Assembly: GCA_965112735.1 (NCBI GenBank)
Contig: OZ218954.1
Coordinates: 1,612,001-1,676,000 of the forward strand
Length of the DNA: 64,000 nucleotides
Direction: 5' to 3'
Source of the DNA: Phaeosaccion multiseriatum
Lineage: Eukaryota > Protista > Ochrophyta, other classes
A model generated the notes under the pieces. That model made no database searches and had not been told where the DNA came from. It was given only the letters and a program-made list of their open reading frames with translations. Shown here one piece after another: positions 1-12,585 of the stretch. Numbering within the stretch: position 1 is the first letter of the stretch; the number at the start of each line of letters is the position of its first letter. The position numbers were made by a program, and so were the translations under genes.

Positions 1-213
1 CGGCAATTCTCCATCTCCACTGCCCACCAAGCTCCAGCAGCAATTTCCGTGTAACAGCAACATCCGTACTGCTGCCACACTCGAAAGCCATGCCCGCTGT
101 AAGGCACCGCTCCCGGCAAACTCAAAGCTACCGAGCTGCTGCCTGAGCCTCTTGGCCAAGGTCAGCTGCCTTCGGGATTCTTTGGGGTTGTAAAGAGTCA
201 CGTTGCTCTCCAC
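1..213 (-). CDS. possible exon of an unidentified gene truncated by the left window edge
   Basis: On the minus strand an acceptor-like CCTAG at 214-218 is followed by a stop-free frame (VESNVTLYNPKESRRQLTLAKRLRQQLGSFEF...) to the edge. No recognisable domain; upstream exons unresolved. Confidence 0.25.
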   Translation of the reverse strand, partial: MESNVTLYNPKESRRQLTLAKRLRQQLGSFEFAGSGALQRAWLSSVAAVRMLLLHGNCCWSLVGSGDGELP

Positions 214-650
214 CTAGGATAGGAGTAGCCGCATGGACAAGGTAATAGCAACCCCAAAGCCAGCCTGGCAGCCAGCCTTGTCTCTATTAGCTTTATCCGT
301 GAGCCATCCTAAACGACCAACCTGCTGGGAGGTGAGTGAGAAACGGGCCACGCACCGTTTCTCACCGTATTTGCCTGGGCCTGGGCCATTGACATAATAC
401 TGACTTTCAACACTGCTGCCGCTTTGGGGGTTATTGCGGCTGCGTCTCTCGACGAATAGCATCCAGGTCCGTTTTCAGAGTACATGAGTGCCTCGGGTAC
501 GGTGCCAAACCGCGTGGACAGAGCCTTGCGTGAGGGGGGGCTGAGCGTCGACGGGAATAGAGCGCTCTATCGCTCAAGGAGAGCTGGACGGGATAACGGG
601 ACCGATCGGAGCTTCAAATTCCCCTTACTCTTAGCATCTCTAGCGCCATC

Positions 651-2824
651 ATGAGGACATTAGGCCCCGTTTCCTTGGCTGGACAGGGTACTGGGCAAGG
701 TGTCGCCCCTTCGAGCTTGTCTGCTCTTCATGTGGCTGTCTTTCAAGAAAGGCTGGTGAGGACCAATAGACAGCGCCGAAACTTCAGCTTAGAGTGCTTT
801 CTATCCAAACCAACACCATTGTGATCCCTTGAGCAGGATAAGTTGCAGGACCTACTGGAGCGAAGCGGCGAGCTGGACATTGATGGCCGCGATACCTTCG
901 GACAAACACCACTCTTCTTGGCCTGCTATAAGGTACAAGCTCCTCTACCTGTCTCTCCTCCTCATTCTTCCCTCTGCCCCCATCTGGATGTCAACTCGCT
1001 CGTTGGTACTTCTTCTGCTGCTGCTGCGCTTCTGCTCGTCTCGTGCTCTTTCTCCAGAGCTCCAAGGATATGGTGTCCCTGCTGGTGAAGCACGGCGCCT
1101 CCCTGTCGCTCAAGGACTGCAACGGAAACTCGCTGCTGCATGTGAGTTGTGGAGTCGGTGCTGTGGAGATGGTATCCCTGCTGCTCGATCTCTCTCAGCA
1201 GCGTGCGGGTGTCGGGGAGGGGAAAGAGCCCGTCGACTTGAGGGTCTTGCTGAGGGAAAAAAACAAGGAGGGAAAGACTGCGCTGGATGTCGCAAAGGTG
1301 GGTGAGAACGTCGAGAAGACTCGCTAAGTCAAGCTGATGCTGCTGTGCTGCTGGTGCTACTGCGGTGATTTCCACCCTTTCAGAGGGGTGCAACTCGGGT
1401 TCGTGATTTCTTGCTGATGACTAGGGGGCAGTCGCGCGTAGAGGAACCGTGTGTGAAAGGGTGACAGGTGCTGAAGGAGATAGGCGAGGACAAGGAACGA
1501 GTTGCAGGGGCTCTCCGGTTGAGGTGACTTTCCCCAGCGGCTTGGGCTATGCTACGAGGGGGCGCCTCTGTAAGAATGCACCGAAGGTGCTACTTTAGAC
1601 GGATCCCTGTGGCTACCTACCTTGCTCCTCCTCCTCCTCCTCCTCCTCCTCCTCCTCCTCCTCGTCGTCGTGGTCGCTCCTCTCAATCACCCTCCGTTCT
1701 CTTACTCCACAGAACCACTGTCCGGCTTACAACAGGGCTTCTATGGTTGGTCTCATCGGAGACGCGTTAAGAGACTGGGTACGTCTCAGGGACAGCTTTC
1801 TTGATGGTGATGACGCGGTTCAAGGCGGACCCATTCGCCGCCTTACCATACCACTGTTCCCGTCGACGCTCAGTCGCCTCTTTCGCAAGGCTCTGTCCAC
1901 GATACTTGGCACCATACCCGAGGCGCTCATGGCCTAAGAGAAGCGCTCACTCCTGCCTTCTCTCCGCGCTCATCGTTCCCTGCCCTGCCCAGCCCCTTGC
2001 CGAGAAAGCCGATACTGCGGCGTCACTTTCGTCGGCGGTTGCTTCTTCTCCCGGCGTCGAGAATGCCTCGCTGCTGACGAATCTAACGGCCCAGATATCG
2101 GCCTTGAGCTCTGGACTCGGAACTTTGAAGGCGGACCTCGATGCTTCTCGACGGGAGACGCAGCCGCAACAGCCCCCAGAGCAGCAGCAGCAGCAGATGG
2201 AGGGGCGTGCAGGCGGGCCAAGTCTTAGCGCAGCAGATGAGAGCCTGCTGGCCCTCATGCGGTGCAAAATGGTCATGGCTGACGAGCAGAAGGTGCGTGA
2301 GAGAGGAGTCCAATGAACAGCTCAATCTGTTCTAGCAGAGTGCCAAATGGGTTACAGCAACACCAGAGCAAGCTCCCAGTGGCAGGAAATGAATGGTCAC
2401 GCATTTCGCAGCGTCGAATACTGGAATCTTACTCCCATACCGTCGTGTGTGCTTGTGCCTGCTCCATCAGGTGTTGATCGATAGAGTGCAAGCGGCAGTG
2501 CAGCGCCTGGAGGATCGATTGGGTGGGATGGAGAAGAGAATTGCCCAACTGGAGAGGAAAGGTCAAGAAGTTCCGGCGCAGTTTGGTGACCGAGGAGAAG
2601 GGAATCACAGTGGCAGAGCCCAAGCACCTCCCCCCACGCCTCCCAACACTACCAGTGGTGCTGCTGCTGGATCGCCCCTCCCCGCCCCCATGAGGGCCAT
2701 GCCGGCTTTCATGACGGCCGACACCAGCGTGCCCAGACCTCCTCTCTTCTCAGAGCCACCCCGCGGGGGCGACACCGGAGCTGAAGGCGGCATGAGAGTA
2801 TTCGGACTCCCACGGCCTTCATGA
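651..2824 (+). CDS. ankyrin-repeat protein with C-terminal coiled coil (~386 aa, 6 exons)
   Basis: Exons 651-755, 837-932, 1058-1297, 1713-1778, 1993-2292 and 2471-2824 join in frame at GT-AG introns, all phase 0. Ankyrin motifs: SALHVAV, GQTPLFLAC, GNSLLHVSC, GKTALDVAK..MVGLI. Heptad region VQRLEDRLGGMEKRIAQLE. Confidence 0.75.
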
Positions 2825-2866
2825 GATACAATTGATGTATTCCCATTTTTTTTTTTTGTTTTTTTA

Positions 2867-3106
2867 CACTCGATTTGCGTAAATTTAATCATCGCCCAAA
2901 TCGCCCGTTTTTTAAGGGGGAGTACTCTTGCAGAAATGCTGACAAGTAGGGAAGGGAAAGAGCGATGAAAGCCGAAAGACTCTGGATCGATAGGCATCCC
3001 AAAGAGCTACACGAAGAGCTATAGCGCTTCTCCCACCGACGTCTTGCTGAGCTCTCCCAAAACTCGAAAAATTCAAAAATCGAGCGATTCTTACGCAAAT
3101 CGAGTG
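2867..3106. mobile_element. non-autonomous DNA transposon (MITE), CACT-terminated, CMC/EnSpm-like
   Basis: Perfect 16-bp terminal inverted repeats CACTCGATTTGCGTAA (2867-2882) and TTACGCAAATCGAGTG (3091-3106). Identical 3-bp flanks TTA (2864-2866, 3107-3109). Interior is more AT-rich than the neighbouring exons and has no transposase ORF. Confidence 0.75.
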
Positions 3107-3331
3107 TTAAAATCAAAGTACGTACAAAATGTGTTGGGAGCCTGGGAGCGCTTCCAGTCGTCAGTCTGTTGTGCTATCCTTGGCAGATGACAGGCTGGTG
3201 GTGTGAGATCGTCCATCTGTAAAGTCCATCCTTTGGCCTGAACCTAGGCGCCCGAGGCGAGAAGGAAGGGGAAGCCTCCACAGAGCCCCCACCCGCTGAA
3301 TGCGACATAGACGTGCAGAGCACACTTGGCG

Positions 3332-4764
3332 CTAACTAATGACGCAGCAGCTGTTGGTCTTCTTGGCCTGTTTGTAGAACATTTTGGACTGCCGACTGAG
3401 GTCGTCTGACCGGTCCACCAACTCGTCCAGCTTCACTCCCCGTTCAAGTAAGCCATCAATGGTTTGGTGCAAAGTGTCTGTAGTTTCATCCAGGTCCCTC
3501 TGGATCTTCGTAATGCTATCTGCCTTGGCTGGGTCCTGATAGTCGACGATTGCCTGCTCATGCAACGGGGGGAGGGTGTGTGGAGTGAAGAGAGAGAGAG
3601 AGAGAGAGAGGGAGGAGGAAAGGGGGACAGAAGAGAAGAGCACTCAATCAGAAGCAGCTCTACTTGCACAGCAAAGGACAAGTCCGCGAGGGGCTTACAC
3701 GACAGGCAATCACAGTACGCTCACATACACTTGGCTTTGTGCACGGAGGCAAAGAAGCGTATTAAGGTCCATCGACTCCTCGTGCCACACGAACTACCTC
3801 CAGTGACGACACAACTCGCGCCCTGAGAAAGAGGACAGCAGCATCCGCACCATCCACGCACACACAATCAAGTATCATATGTGTAAATAATGGATTCACC
3901 CACCTTGTCCAACGGGGGAAAGGCCACTGCCTCATTTCGAATCTCTGTCTGCCACCGCACCGCCTCACTGTACTGATCTAGGAGCTGCGTGAGCATCACA
4001 AAGGCGACGCGTGGGGGATACTCCATGTCAGATGTGACCGTGCCCTGCAGAAAAAGGGGGGGGTGAAGATGAATGGAGAAATGATACGGGGAAGGTATTT
4101 GAGTGCGAGCGTGGCGCGCGCGTGAGAGACAGAGAAAAACAAGAAGAGGGAAGGGGTGAAGAAATCGATCGAAGGGGCTGCTGCTCCCAAGAAAGAGGGA
4201 GAGAGGGGGAGTAGAGGAGAGACCCGTTCCAAGAGGGTGTAAACAGTCTCTGCTTTGATGGCGAGGGTCTTTGAGACGGGGCGAGCAACCAGGGCAGGAA
4301 GGAAGACGCCACAACCATTACTTCGAGTAGGACGTAGAAGCGGCGGACGCTCTTACCGCCAAGCCGTCGTGCCTCATGTACACGTGCACATTGTAGTCCT
4401 CGTGCTGCACACTTTGTCTCATGCCTGGTTGCGTCCGCTTCACGATGGTCTTGCTGAAAAACGTTGCCATCTCTTTTATCCTGCAGAGGACGCGGGATGA
4501 AAGAGAGCATAGCAAGCGTCAGCGTCTCGCCTGCCTCAGCACAGAGCCCTGTTCCGGTAAGATGTCTGTCCTTAATTCGTCAGCGGAGCTATCGGAAAGG
4601 AAAGTGGGGCGGGCGACTCAGCCATATGGAGGCTACTGGTGAGTGGGTACTTACCCTTGCCGTTGGAAGAAGCCATAGGACGAGAGATCAGTCGCCTGGG
4701 ACATCATCACCGGGTCCGACGTGTCGCGATTGTATCGCAGTACGCCGATCGCCACAATCTTCAT
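3332..4764 (-). CDS. YKT6: R-SNARE YKT6 (longin + SNARE + CAAX), 198 aa
   Basis: Exons 4764-4655, 4480-4357, 4044-3904 and 3553-3332 give 198 aa. Motifs [65 protein letters not shown] and C-terminal CCVIS. Confidence 0.97.
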
Positions 4765-5145
4765 AGCGGCCGCGGCTGCAGGTGCTGCTACTAGTACTGC
4801 TGCTTCTGCTGCTGCTGATACAGAGAAAGAAGGTACTAAAAGTCTCAAAGGACGAGCCGCCCTGCTCTCTCCCCCGTCCTTCTAATCGCTAATCTAACGA
4901 CTGATTTGCTCCTCTCCAAAAACCCTCAACGGACTCCTCGAGGTGCCGGAAGTGGGACGCCAAAAAGAGAGGGCAAGAGAAAGAAGAAGTGGGCACGATT
5001 CTAGGAAGTGTGTGGTAAGAGGAAGGGAAGATGGTCTTCAGCACGGTCGGAGAGTTGAGATGACACCCCGGGGCAGAAATCTCGTTGACTTATGCTCCCT
5101 GTTCTTAGCAGCAGCATCAGGGATATCCATCAGGACAGCATTAAC

Positions 5146-5300
5146 ATGGCGGCTGCTGAGCATGGCGCCGACAGAGCGCCTGGGGAAGGCCTATGGGAGG
5201 AAATGACTCTGAGAGAGAGGCGGCAAGCGGGTGAGCCGGGTTGGGGGTGGAGTAGAGCAGGACAACAGTCTTCGTGCTTCTGATGTGCTAGCTTACCTTG

Positions 5301-5338
<38 letters not shown>

Positions 5339-7281
5339 CTGCCTCCTCTGCCCCCCTTATTTTCTTTAAGCACATCGGAGCGGGCTGCTTCTCAGCGATT
5401 GGGAAGCGCAGCAACAGCTCGACGATGCTCTGAAGGAGAGCAAAAGTGACGCCAATCAGGCGTCCATCGGCCAACAGCTGGAGGAATATCAGCAGCAGCA
5501 ACGCCTGTCGCAGGCCCAAATTAGTCAGCTGCGTTCGGTTCACTCCGTGGGTGAAGGAGAGGCAAAGGGCGAGGAAGACGAGGGAAGCACTCCTTCGGCA
5601 CATGGAATCTCTAAGGGGACTTGTGACAAGGAGGAGAGGGGAGGCGACTGGATTGGGAGAGAGGAGGATGAGGATGAGCAGCAGGAGGAGGAGGAAGATG
5701 ATGAAGTCGTTCCTCTCCGCAGGATAAACCAAGAGGATTACTTATTGCCCGCCCTGGAGCGGCTGGAGATTTCATCTTCTTCACTAGGAGGACTGGAGGA
5801 AAGCGATGGGCAGATGAGGCGGAAAAGTGAAGGAAAAGAGGAGGAAGAGGGGGAGGAGGAGAAGAAGAAAAAGGAGGAGGAGGGGGAGGAGGAGGAGGAG
5901 GAGGAGGAGGAGGAAGAGCGCGTTGACATCCTCATGACGCTGTCCGACGACGTTTTGTCCCGTCTGGTGTCTATGCTGGATGGTGATAGCGTGATCCAGC
6001 TGGGACAGGCAAGCAAGCATTGGAGCTTCGCCAGGGAGGAGAGGATTTTCGCCGTGCTGTGCCAGCGGGTGTATCTTGCGCAAACGGAGAAGAAGACTCT
6101 TAGTGTGCGTCGGTGGAGGTCCTGGAGGAACATGTACAGCAGCCGACCTCGATTAAGAACCAACGGCTTTTATATCCTCAAAGTGAGTGAGTGGGTGGAA
6201 GAGAGGGGGTATGTGGGTGGGTGAATTGCATAGGGTGGGAGGATGGCAGGAAGGGAATTAGTGAGTGAGAGGAAGGTAGCTCCAAAGTAAGTGAGGGTGG
6301 ATGGGAAAGTGAGTGAGGGAGTGGGTGGGTAAGTGAGTGGGTGCGCTGAGTGAGCACTCGTCCAAGCGGCTTTGTGAACGTTGCGAAGTACACATGATTG
6401 TTGAGGGGGGAGGCCTCCCTCTCTCCAGCTTCCTGTAGGAGCATAGACGGTATCTGAGTCTGTGCAGGGGGTGCTCGTATCAGGGTTTGTTGTTCTGTGG
6501 ACTCTCTGTCGTACCCTGATTCACTTATCTACATGCATTTCCTAGCGCCGTGCAACGAGGGCAAGCCACCCATCTGTTCTCATGCCACCCCCCACCCCCC
6601 CCCCCAACCCCTCCCCCAAATTCAACACTGACCGCTTCTGTTGCCGCAGGTGGAGTACATCAAGACACCCGTCCGCGATATGACTTCCACCTACACCCCT
6701 GGACAGATACTTCGTGTGGTGTACTACCGATACTTTCGCTTCTTCAGTGATGGTCGGGTGGCATACGCTCTGATGCACCACGGGCCCAAAGAAGCGGTGC
6801 GTCTGTTCGGCAGCCCTGACTCTGACAAGATTGTTTGGGGCACTTATACCATCAGGAAGAGCGTCGTAACCTGCGAGGTGAGGGCAAGGGAGGATTTCCA
6901 AGGAGGGAAGAGAGGTATAGGGCTGTGGGCTGGAGAGAGACATTAGATTGATGAACGACCTCCGGAAATGCCCGAGAAGAAACCGGTCAGAGGGGTGTTG
7001 TTGCTGCTGGCCACCTTCTCGTCCTTACTTCTCACTCGTGCTCTTGCGTCCAACTGCATGTGTTGTTCCTTCCTTCTTCCTGTCGGCTGCAGATACCCGC
7101 GAGTTATGCGCTGATTGGTTTTACGATGGAGCTGACCAACGGTGCTCGAGGTCATTTCAACACTCTCTTCTTGGAGAGGCACACCACTATGTCCCATACC
7201 GACCCTGACCAGGCAAGCGTATCCCTCCGCATCAAGGCTGGAGAAGACGTATTCCAATTCAAGAGAGTGTGGAGCTTCTGA
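5146..7281 (+). CDS. FBXO9: F-box only protein 9-like (FBXO9/Pof7/Hrt3 family)
   Basis: Exons 5146-5230, 5371-6182, 6650-6877 and 7093-7281. F-box-like segment ILMTLSDDVLSRLVSMLD...LGQASKHW. Family motifs RPRLRTNGFYI and VYYRYFRFFSDG. Confidence 0.85.
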
Positions 7282-7903
7282 GGCGGGGGTTGCGGAGCGA
7301 CTGCGCAATCCATTCATTCCGTGGTGGAGCACAGCGAGGTGGAGCGAGAGACCCAAAGTCACCGGCAAATCTCCGACAAACGTACTTACAGCTTGCAGAT
7401 AGTAATTAGTGTTTTGATACCTTCTGAAGTACTTCGAGAAAAGGCGATAGGGGGCCAACCAATTCACGCACTCCACCGTTTCTGAACACTCTTTCTGCTC
7501 ATCAAGAGCCCCACCGCCCCTTGTGAGTGGGGGATGGACGCATGTCTTCTCCTGAGCTACGCCAGCACCCACACCAACACCGGGCAACGTCGGGGGGGGG
7601 GGGAGAAGGATAGAGGACAAGCGTTTTTCGTTGTTTAAAAGGGGCACACCCTGTGCTGCGCGATCTTGCTTCCTTCTCCGCCCCATCCACCAGGCTGAGG
7701 AGGAGGGGGAGCCTCCGTTTCCTCACCTTGTCTGCCCCATTCTTGCGCAGTACTACCCCACACACCTCTTTTCCCTGCCCCCGTCTCCTCCTGCTCCGCC
7801 TCCGTCTCCTCCCCCTCCTTTGCCTTCTTCTCTTCCTCGCCGGCGATCAGGATCGGCGGTCGCTCCGCTCCTCCCCCGCCTCCTCCTGTGACCTCTCTTC
7901 TGT

Positions 7904-10503
7904 TCAACCAAGCGGGGGACATCGTGGTTGCTGACGGAGAGGAGCACCAGAGCTGTGAACTCCAAGCCGTTGGAACACTGCCAGCGCCACTACCACCACC
8001 ACTGACACTGCTGTTGCCACTGCTGCTGCTGCTTCTGCTGCTGCCACTGCTGCCCCTGTACTCGTCGCTCTACTTGACGTTGACTCTGCCAGGCTGAAGC
8101 TCGGTCTGCCTGAGCTGCCGCTTTCAAGGAGGACAGTGTCTGTCTCCTTCTCGCAGGGGTCGGGGCGGGGGCGGAAAGGAGCAAGACGGGGCCCACTCGA
8201 GGGAGCCCCAAGCTTGTCCCTCCATCCCCCTCCCCAAGGCGCGCAATGAATCACATTACGATGTTCTTGACGCCCTTCCTGCTTCTTCTGCTGCTGCTGC
8301 TGCGGCTCGAACTTCCGTGCGACACCCCTCGGCAGACCTTCCCTACTCTGAGCTCCATCCTCCATCATCGGGTTGTTGCCGCTGCTGCTACCACTACACC
8401 TGCCACCACATGTGTTGCTCAGAACGTCTGTGGCGGATGAAAGGGTTCTCTGGTCACAAAGGCGACTCCTCTGAGCACTCCTTCCCCTCGATGCCTGCTC
8501 TAGCTTGCTCATAGCCCCGCCTCCAGCCCTTTCTGATGCCCTTGCCCATGTACCGGTCCTCCCCCTTCTCCTGCGCTCACATCGATGTCCCGCGTTTTGT
8601 CGTCGCTCCTTCCCCTGCTCCTCCTCCTGCTCCTCCTCCTTCTTTTCCTCCTCCCCCCCCTCCTCCTCTTCCTGCTCAACGAGGGGGAGCTCTCTCTCTC
8701 CAAGAATAGTCTCTCTCCCCCTCTTTTTGCCCTCCTTCAGCGACCCCCTTCCTCCTCCTCCTCCTCCTCCTCCTCCTCCTCCTCCTCCTCCTCCTCCTCC
8801 TCCTCCTCCTCCTCCTCCTCCTCCTCCTGCTCCCGCCCCAGCTTTGTCGCTTTTGACCCTGTACCCGTGGGGCGGTGCAGGCAGTGTGGGCGTGCAGAAC
8901 TGCTCGAGAGTGCACGCGTAGAGCCGTTGAACGGTGCAAACAATGACGTATCTGGAAGGAGGCGGACAAAGAGAGTCACGTGTAGAGATGTGGGTGTATC
9001 ACAAAGGAGAGAGAGGGCGGGGGAGGGAGAGAGAGGGGGACATCGAGGGAAAGAGAGGGGAGACAGGAGAGACAGAAGGAACGGACCAGCCAAGAGAGTG
9101 GGAAGAAGAGACGGAGAGATACGGCACGAAGAACGCCGAGTACGAAGGAGGGGATCGGGGAAAGAAGCGATGGGCGAGGGAAAGAGGCAATGAGACGCTC
9201 AACAACGATGCATACCCGATGGCAAGTCTGCCTTCACGAGCACCCACAAGGAATGCTTAAGCACCTGTGTTTTCGAGTACACACACACACACATACACAC
9301 ACACACCTGGGTAGGGTAAGCCTGCCCCTCTGTATGCTTCCTTCGCGGCGACACTCGACTCTCCAGGACCCACAGGGAATTCGATGCGCAGTGACGTGCC
9401 GCAGGTGGTGAGCAACTCGACAGTGGGCAAGCTTGGGAGGGGGAGGGGGAGGGGGGAGAGGGAGATTAGAGGCAGGGCAGGGCAGGGCAGGGGGCGGAGG
9501 GAGGGGGAGGGGAGGGAGCGGAGGGAGCGGAGGGAGAGCCGGGCAGGGGAGGGGGAGCGGTGAGGAAGGGGTGAGGGGAGAAGAGAAGGAGCGATCCCCC
9601 ATCCGTCCCTCGCTGCTAAACTCGTTCTTTTCCCATTGCGGTTGCGACTTTTGTGTCGAACCTGAAAGGGCGCGAGGAGTCTCTTCTTAGTGATGACTGC
9701 GGCGGCAGTCTGAGAGAGGATCACCAGTAAGCCCGCGAGAGCGAGCGCCCACCCCATTCCCCCGATGAGCAGGCCGCAGAGGAAGTGTACACCGCCGGTG
9801 AAGGTCAGAAGGGCACAGAATAAGAGAATCGCTGCTAAGCGCCACGGCCTGGGTGAGAGAATGATTTAGGAGTTGAGCGTGAGAGAGAAGGGGGGGAGGG
9901 GGTGGAAGGGGAGGGGAGGGGAGGGGGTGGAAGGGGGGAAGGAAACCGCACACATACACACACACAGAGAGAGAGAGAGAGGCAAAGCTCTTCTCACCAG
10001 CTTCCTCGCCATTCCTTGTTAATCTCGCGTAGCTCTGTTGGGGCGCGGAGTGGACGAGAGGCAGATGCGACGGAGGGTCAAGGACAGCCAATATGACCAA
10101 GAAAGAGAGAAGATGCGACCTAAGAGAGATGCTGTCTCCAGGAGTTGCTTCCTCTGGGGCCTTGAACCGCACCTTTGTGGAAAACCGTTTCGGAAATCTT
10201 GCCCTTTAAGAGTGAGGGCAATGCGGCAGCTTCGTCGATATGTCCTAGTAAATTGCCAAAGTGAAGTACCGCACAGCGTGGTGCGCTGTGCGCTATCTCA
10301 AATACTCGGAGAGAAGAGTCGCTGCTGCTGCCACTGCCACTGCAAGTGCTGCTGCAGCCGCTATTTGTAGTGCTTCCTCCTTCCTCCCTGACCAATACGC
10401 TAGTGTGCCCACTGCGGTCGAGCTGCATACGGTCGATGAAAGCAACATCTGAAGCCATGGAATGGGCCAAACGCGTCTCCTCTTGACTTAACATGATCGA
10501 CAT
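7904..10503 (-). CDS. hypothetical two-TM membrane protein with Erf4/GOLGA7-like N-terminal motif and long low-complexity tail
   Basis: Five exons join in frame (approx. 10503-10173, 10033-9997, 9848-9662, 9433-9307, 8951-7904), giving LPSLLKGKISETVFHKELREINKEW, two hydrophobic helices (WRLAAILLFCALLTFTGG..., WALALAGLLVILSQTAAAVI), then RVAHHLRHVT..WRVE..RYVIVCTV. Start codon and 3' end are uncertain. Confidence 0.55.
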
Positions 10504-10857
10504 CCCCCAACAAAAGTCACTGCTGCTACCTCCCCGATGAAATGGCGCCTTTTTCATATCGTAATGGAGGTGACAAGGAGAGAAGGAGAGGAGGGTGGTG
10601 GATTTGATTAGTTTGTGGTGGTCGCATTGGTGCAAGAGCGACTCCTACCTCTGGGTTTCAGACTTTTGTCACTGTTTGCCACTCCATTCCCTCTTCATCA
10701 TGCATAGAAGGAACGCAGCTGGATATCAAAAAAAGGAAAGGTAACGTTCTGTGAGTTTTCGGAAATGGACCACCAACACGCACACGAGTCTCCTCTTTTT
10801 TTTTTTTTTTTGTTGCGTGTTGAAAATCTACCTCCCACTCAGCCTCCTCCCCCCTTC

Positions 10858-12552
10858 ATGGCTTCCCTTCGTCTTCTGGTGCTCGTTCCTTCCTTGGGGC
10901 TCCTTCTTCTTTCGCACCAATGCCTCTGCGTAGGTGGGAGGGAGTTGAGGGCCGAAAGAGAGGCAGCGGCAGCAGATAAGAGAGAGAGAGAGAGAAGTCT
11001 CCTTTGCTTCCTCTCGTAGCGAACACGTGGGCGTTTCAAGATGCTACGCGGGAGGCCTTCGAGGTACTGACGACGTGTAGCAGTGGCAGCCGTAGTGGCA
11101 TGAGTATCGGCGGGGCCTCTCCTTCATCCTGTCTCCTCGACAGTGTGGAGCGGGGCTGCTCTGTGTGTGAGCGGGAGAGGTGCGACGGTAGCGTGGGTTA
11201 TGGTGGACACCCGAGCTCCAGCGGCGAGGTTACGCTGGACGCAATGATCATGGATGGGCCAAGCCATAGCGTTGGGGCGGTGGGCTTTCTGCGAGGAATT
11301 AAGGAGGCTATTTCAGGTACGCCCTTGACTTGCTGGGAGAGAGATTCCGTCCGGATGGCGGATGGGTGGATCTGGGCGGCCCAACTCACTTAGCGCTAGA
11401 CCCATACTCCTCAAGACCAAGACCAAAGAGAAGAATCTAATGGACGCCAACAATACGCCTCGTTGTGTCTATCCCCCCTTTCGTGCCCCTCTTTGACGTG
11501 CTCGCCGCCTCTCTCAACCCCTGCTCTGTGTTGTGCAGTGGCTCGAGCGGTACTGGAGCACTCATCGCACACAATGCTCGCTGGGGAAGGAGCCGCCGAT
11601 TTTGCACGAATGTTGGGCTTCGAGGTAAACCCCCGAGTCGGCGTGCATTTCCCCACGTTTTTGTAGGCCTCGCCTGGTCGGTTGTACTCCTCCTCTCCCC
11701 TTGATTCGTTTACTACAGCTGCACTCCTTCTCCTCTCCCGCTCCCATTCCTTCTGTACTACCCTTTGCCGTTTGCGTCTGTGCCTCAGACGGTTCCGTTA
11801 GAGACAGATACCTCCGTCAAGCAGTACGAGGAGTGGATAGCCAAGGAGTGTCAGCCCAACTACTTCCGAGGCTTCGATGCTGCCTCCGAGTCGTGTCCGC
11901 CTTACCGTCCATCCACTCTTGTGAATCAAGGCCATGGCAGCAGAAGTAGCAGCGGAGGAGGAGGAGGAGGAGGAGGAGGAGGAGGAGGAGGAGGAGAGCT
12001 CGACGGGAGCAGGTGGAAGCATGAGGCTCCTCTGCTCGATAGGGATTTGGCCCGGCTTCTCATCGACAGCGGAAACCACGATACAATCGGAATCATCGCT
12101 GTGGATCATGCAGGTGAGGGGGGTACACAACCATGCCGTCTCGGAAATGCCCATGCCATGCTCTTCCTCCCTCCCTCCCTCCCTCCCTCCGCCCATATGC
12201 CCCTTCATTGCCGACGCGCTCTCCTTTCTGTACGAATGATTTTAAAGGTAACGTTGCCTGTGGCACCTCGACAAACGGTGCCAATCACAAGATCCAGGGT
12301 AGAGTGGGCGATGCTGCCGTCGCAGGTGTGTGTGTGTGTGTGTCTCTTCACTGTGTCCCTGCCCTGTTTCGGTTTCAGTTTCATAGTCCTGGAATCAATA
12401 CCGGCAAGAGACGGGATATCGATATCGAACGCATCCGTGCCTCTCCGTGCCAACCCTGCTATTTTTTACACCACGTACAACCACATGCCGCCACGGAAAC
12501 GAACCCTTCCATCTCAGCTTCCCCATGTTCGTGGCTCCCTGATCCTTTCCCT

Positions 12553-12585
<33 letters not shown>

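Noticed and set aside
1424-1620. Possible terminal exon ending the ankyrin gene at ~1527
   Set aside because: Splicing 1297 to 1713 completes the ankyrin repeat and links the downstream exons in frame, which is the better model.
756-2470. All five ankyrin-gene introns are phase 0 (possible introner or exon-shuffling signal)
   Set aside because: The introns share no sequence similarity, and phase 0 is the commonest class, so five in a row is weak evidence.
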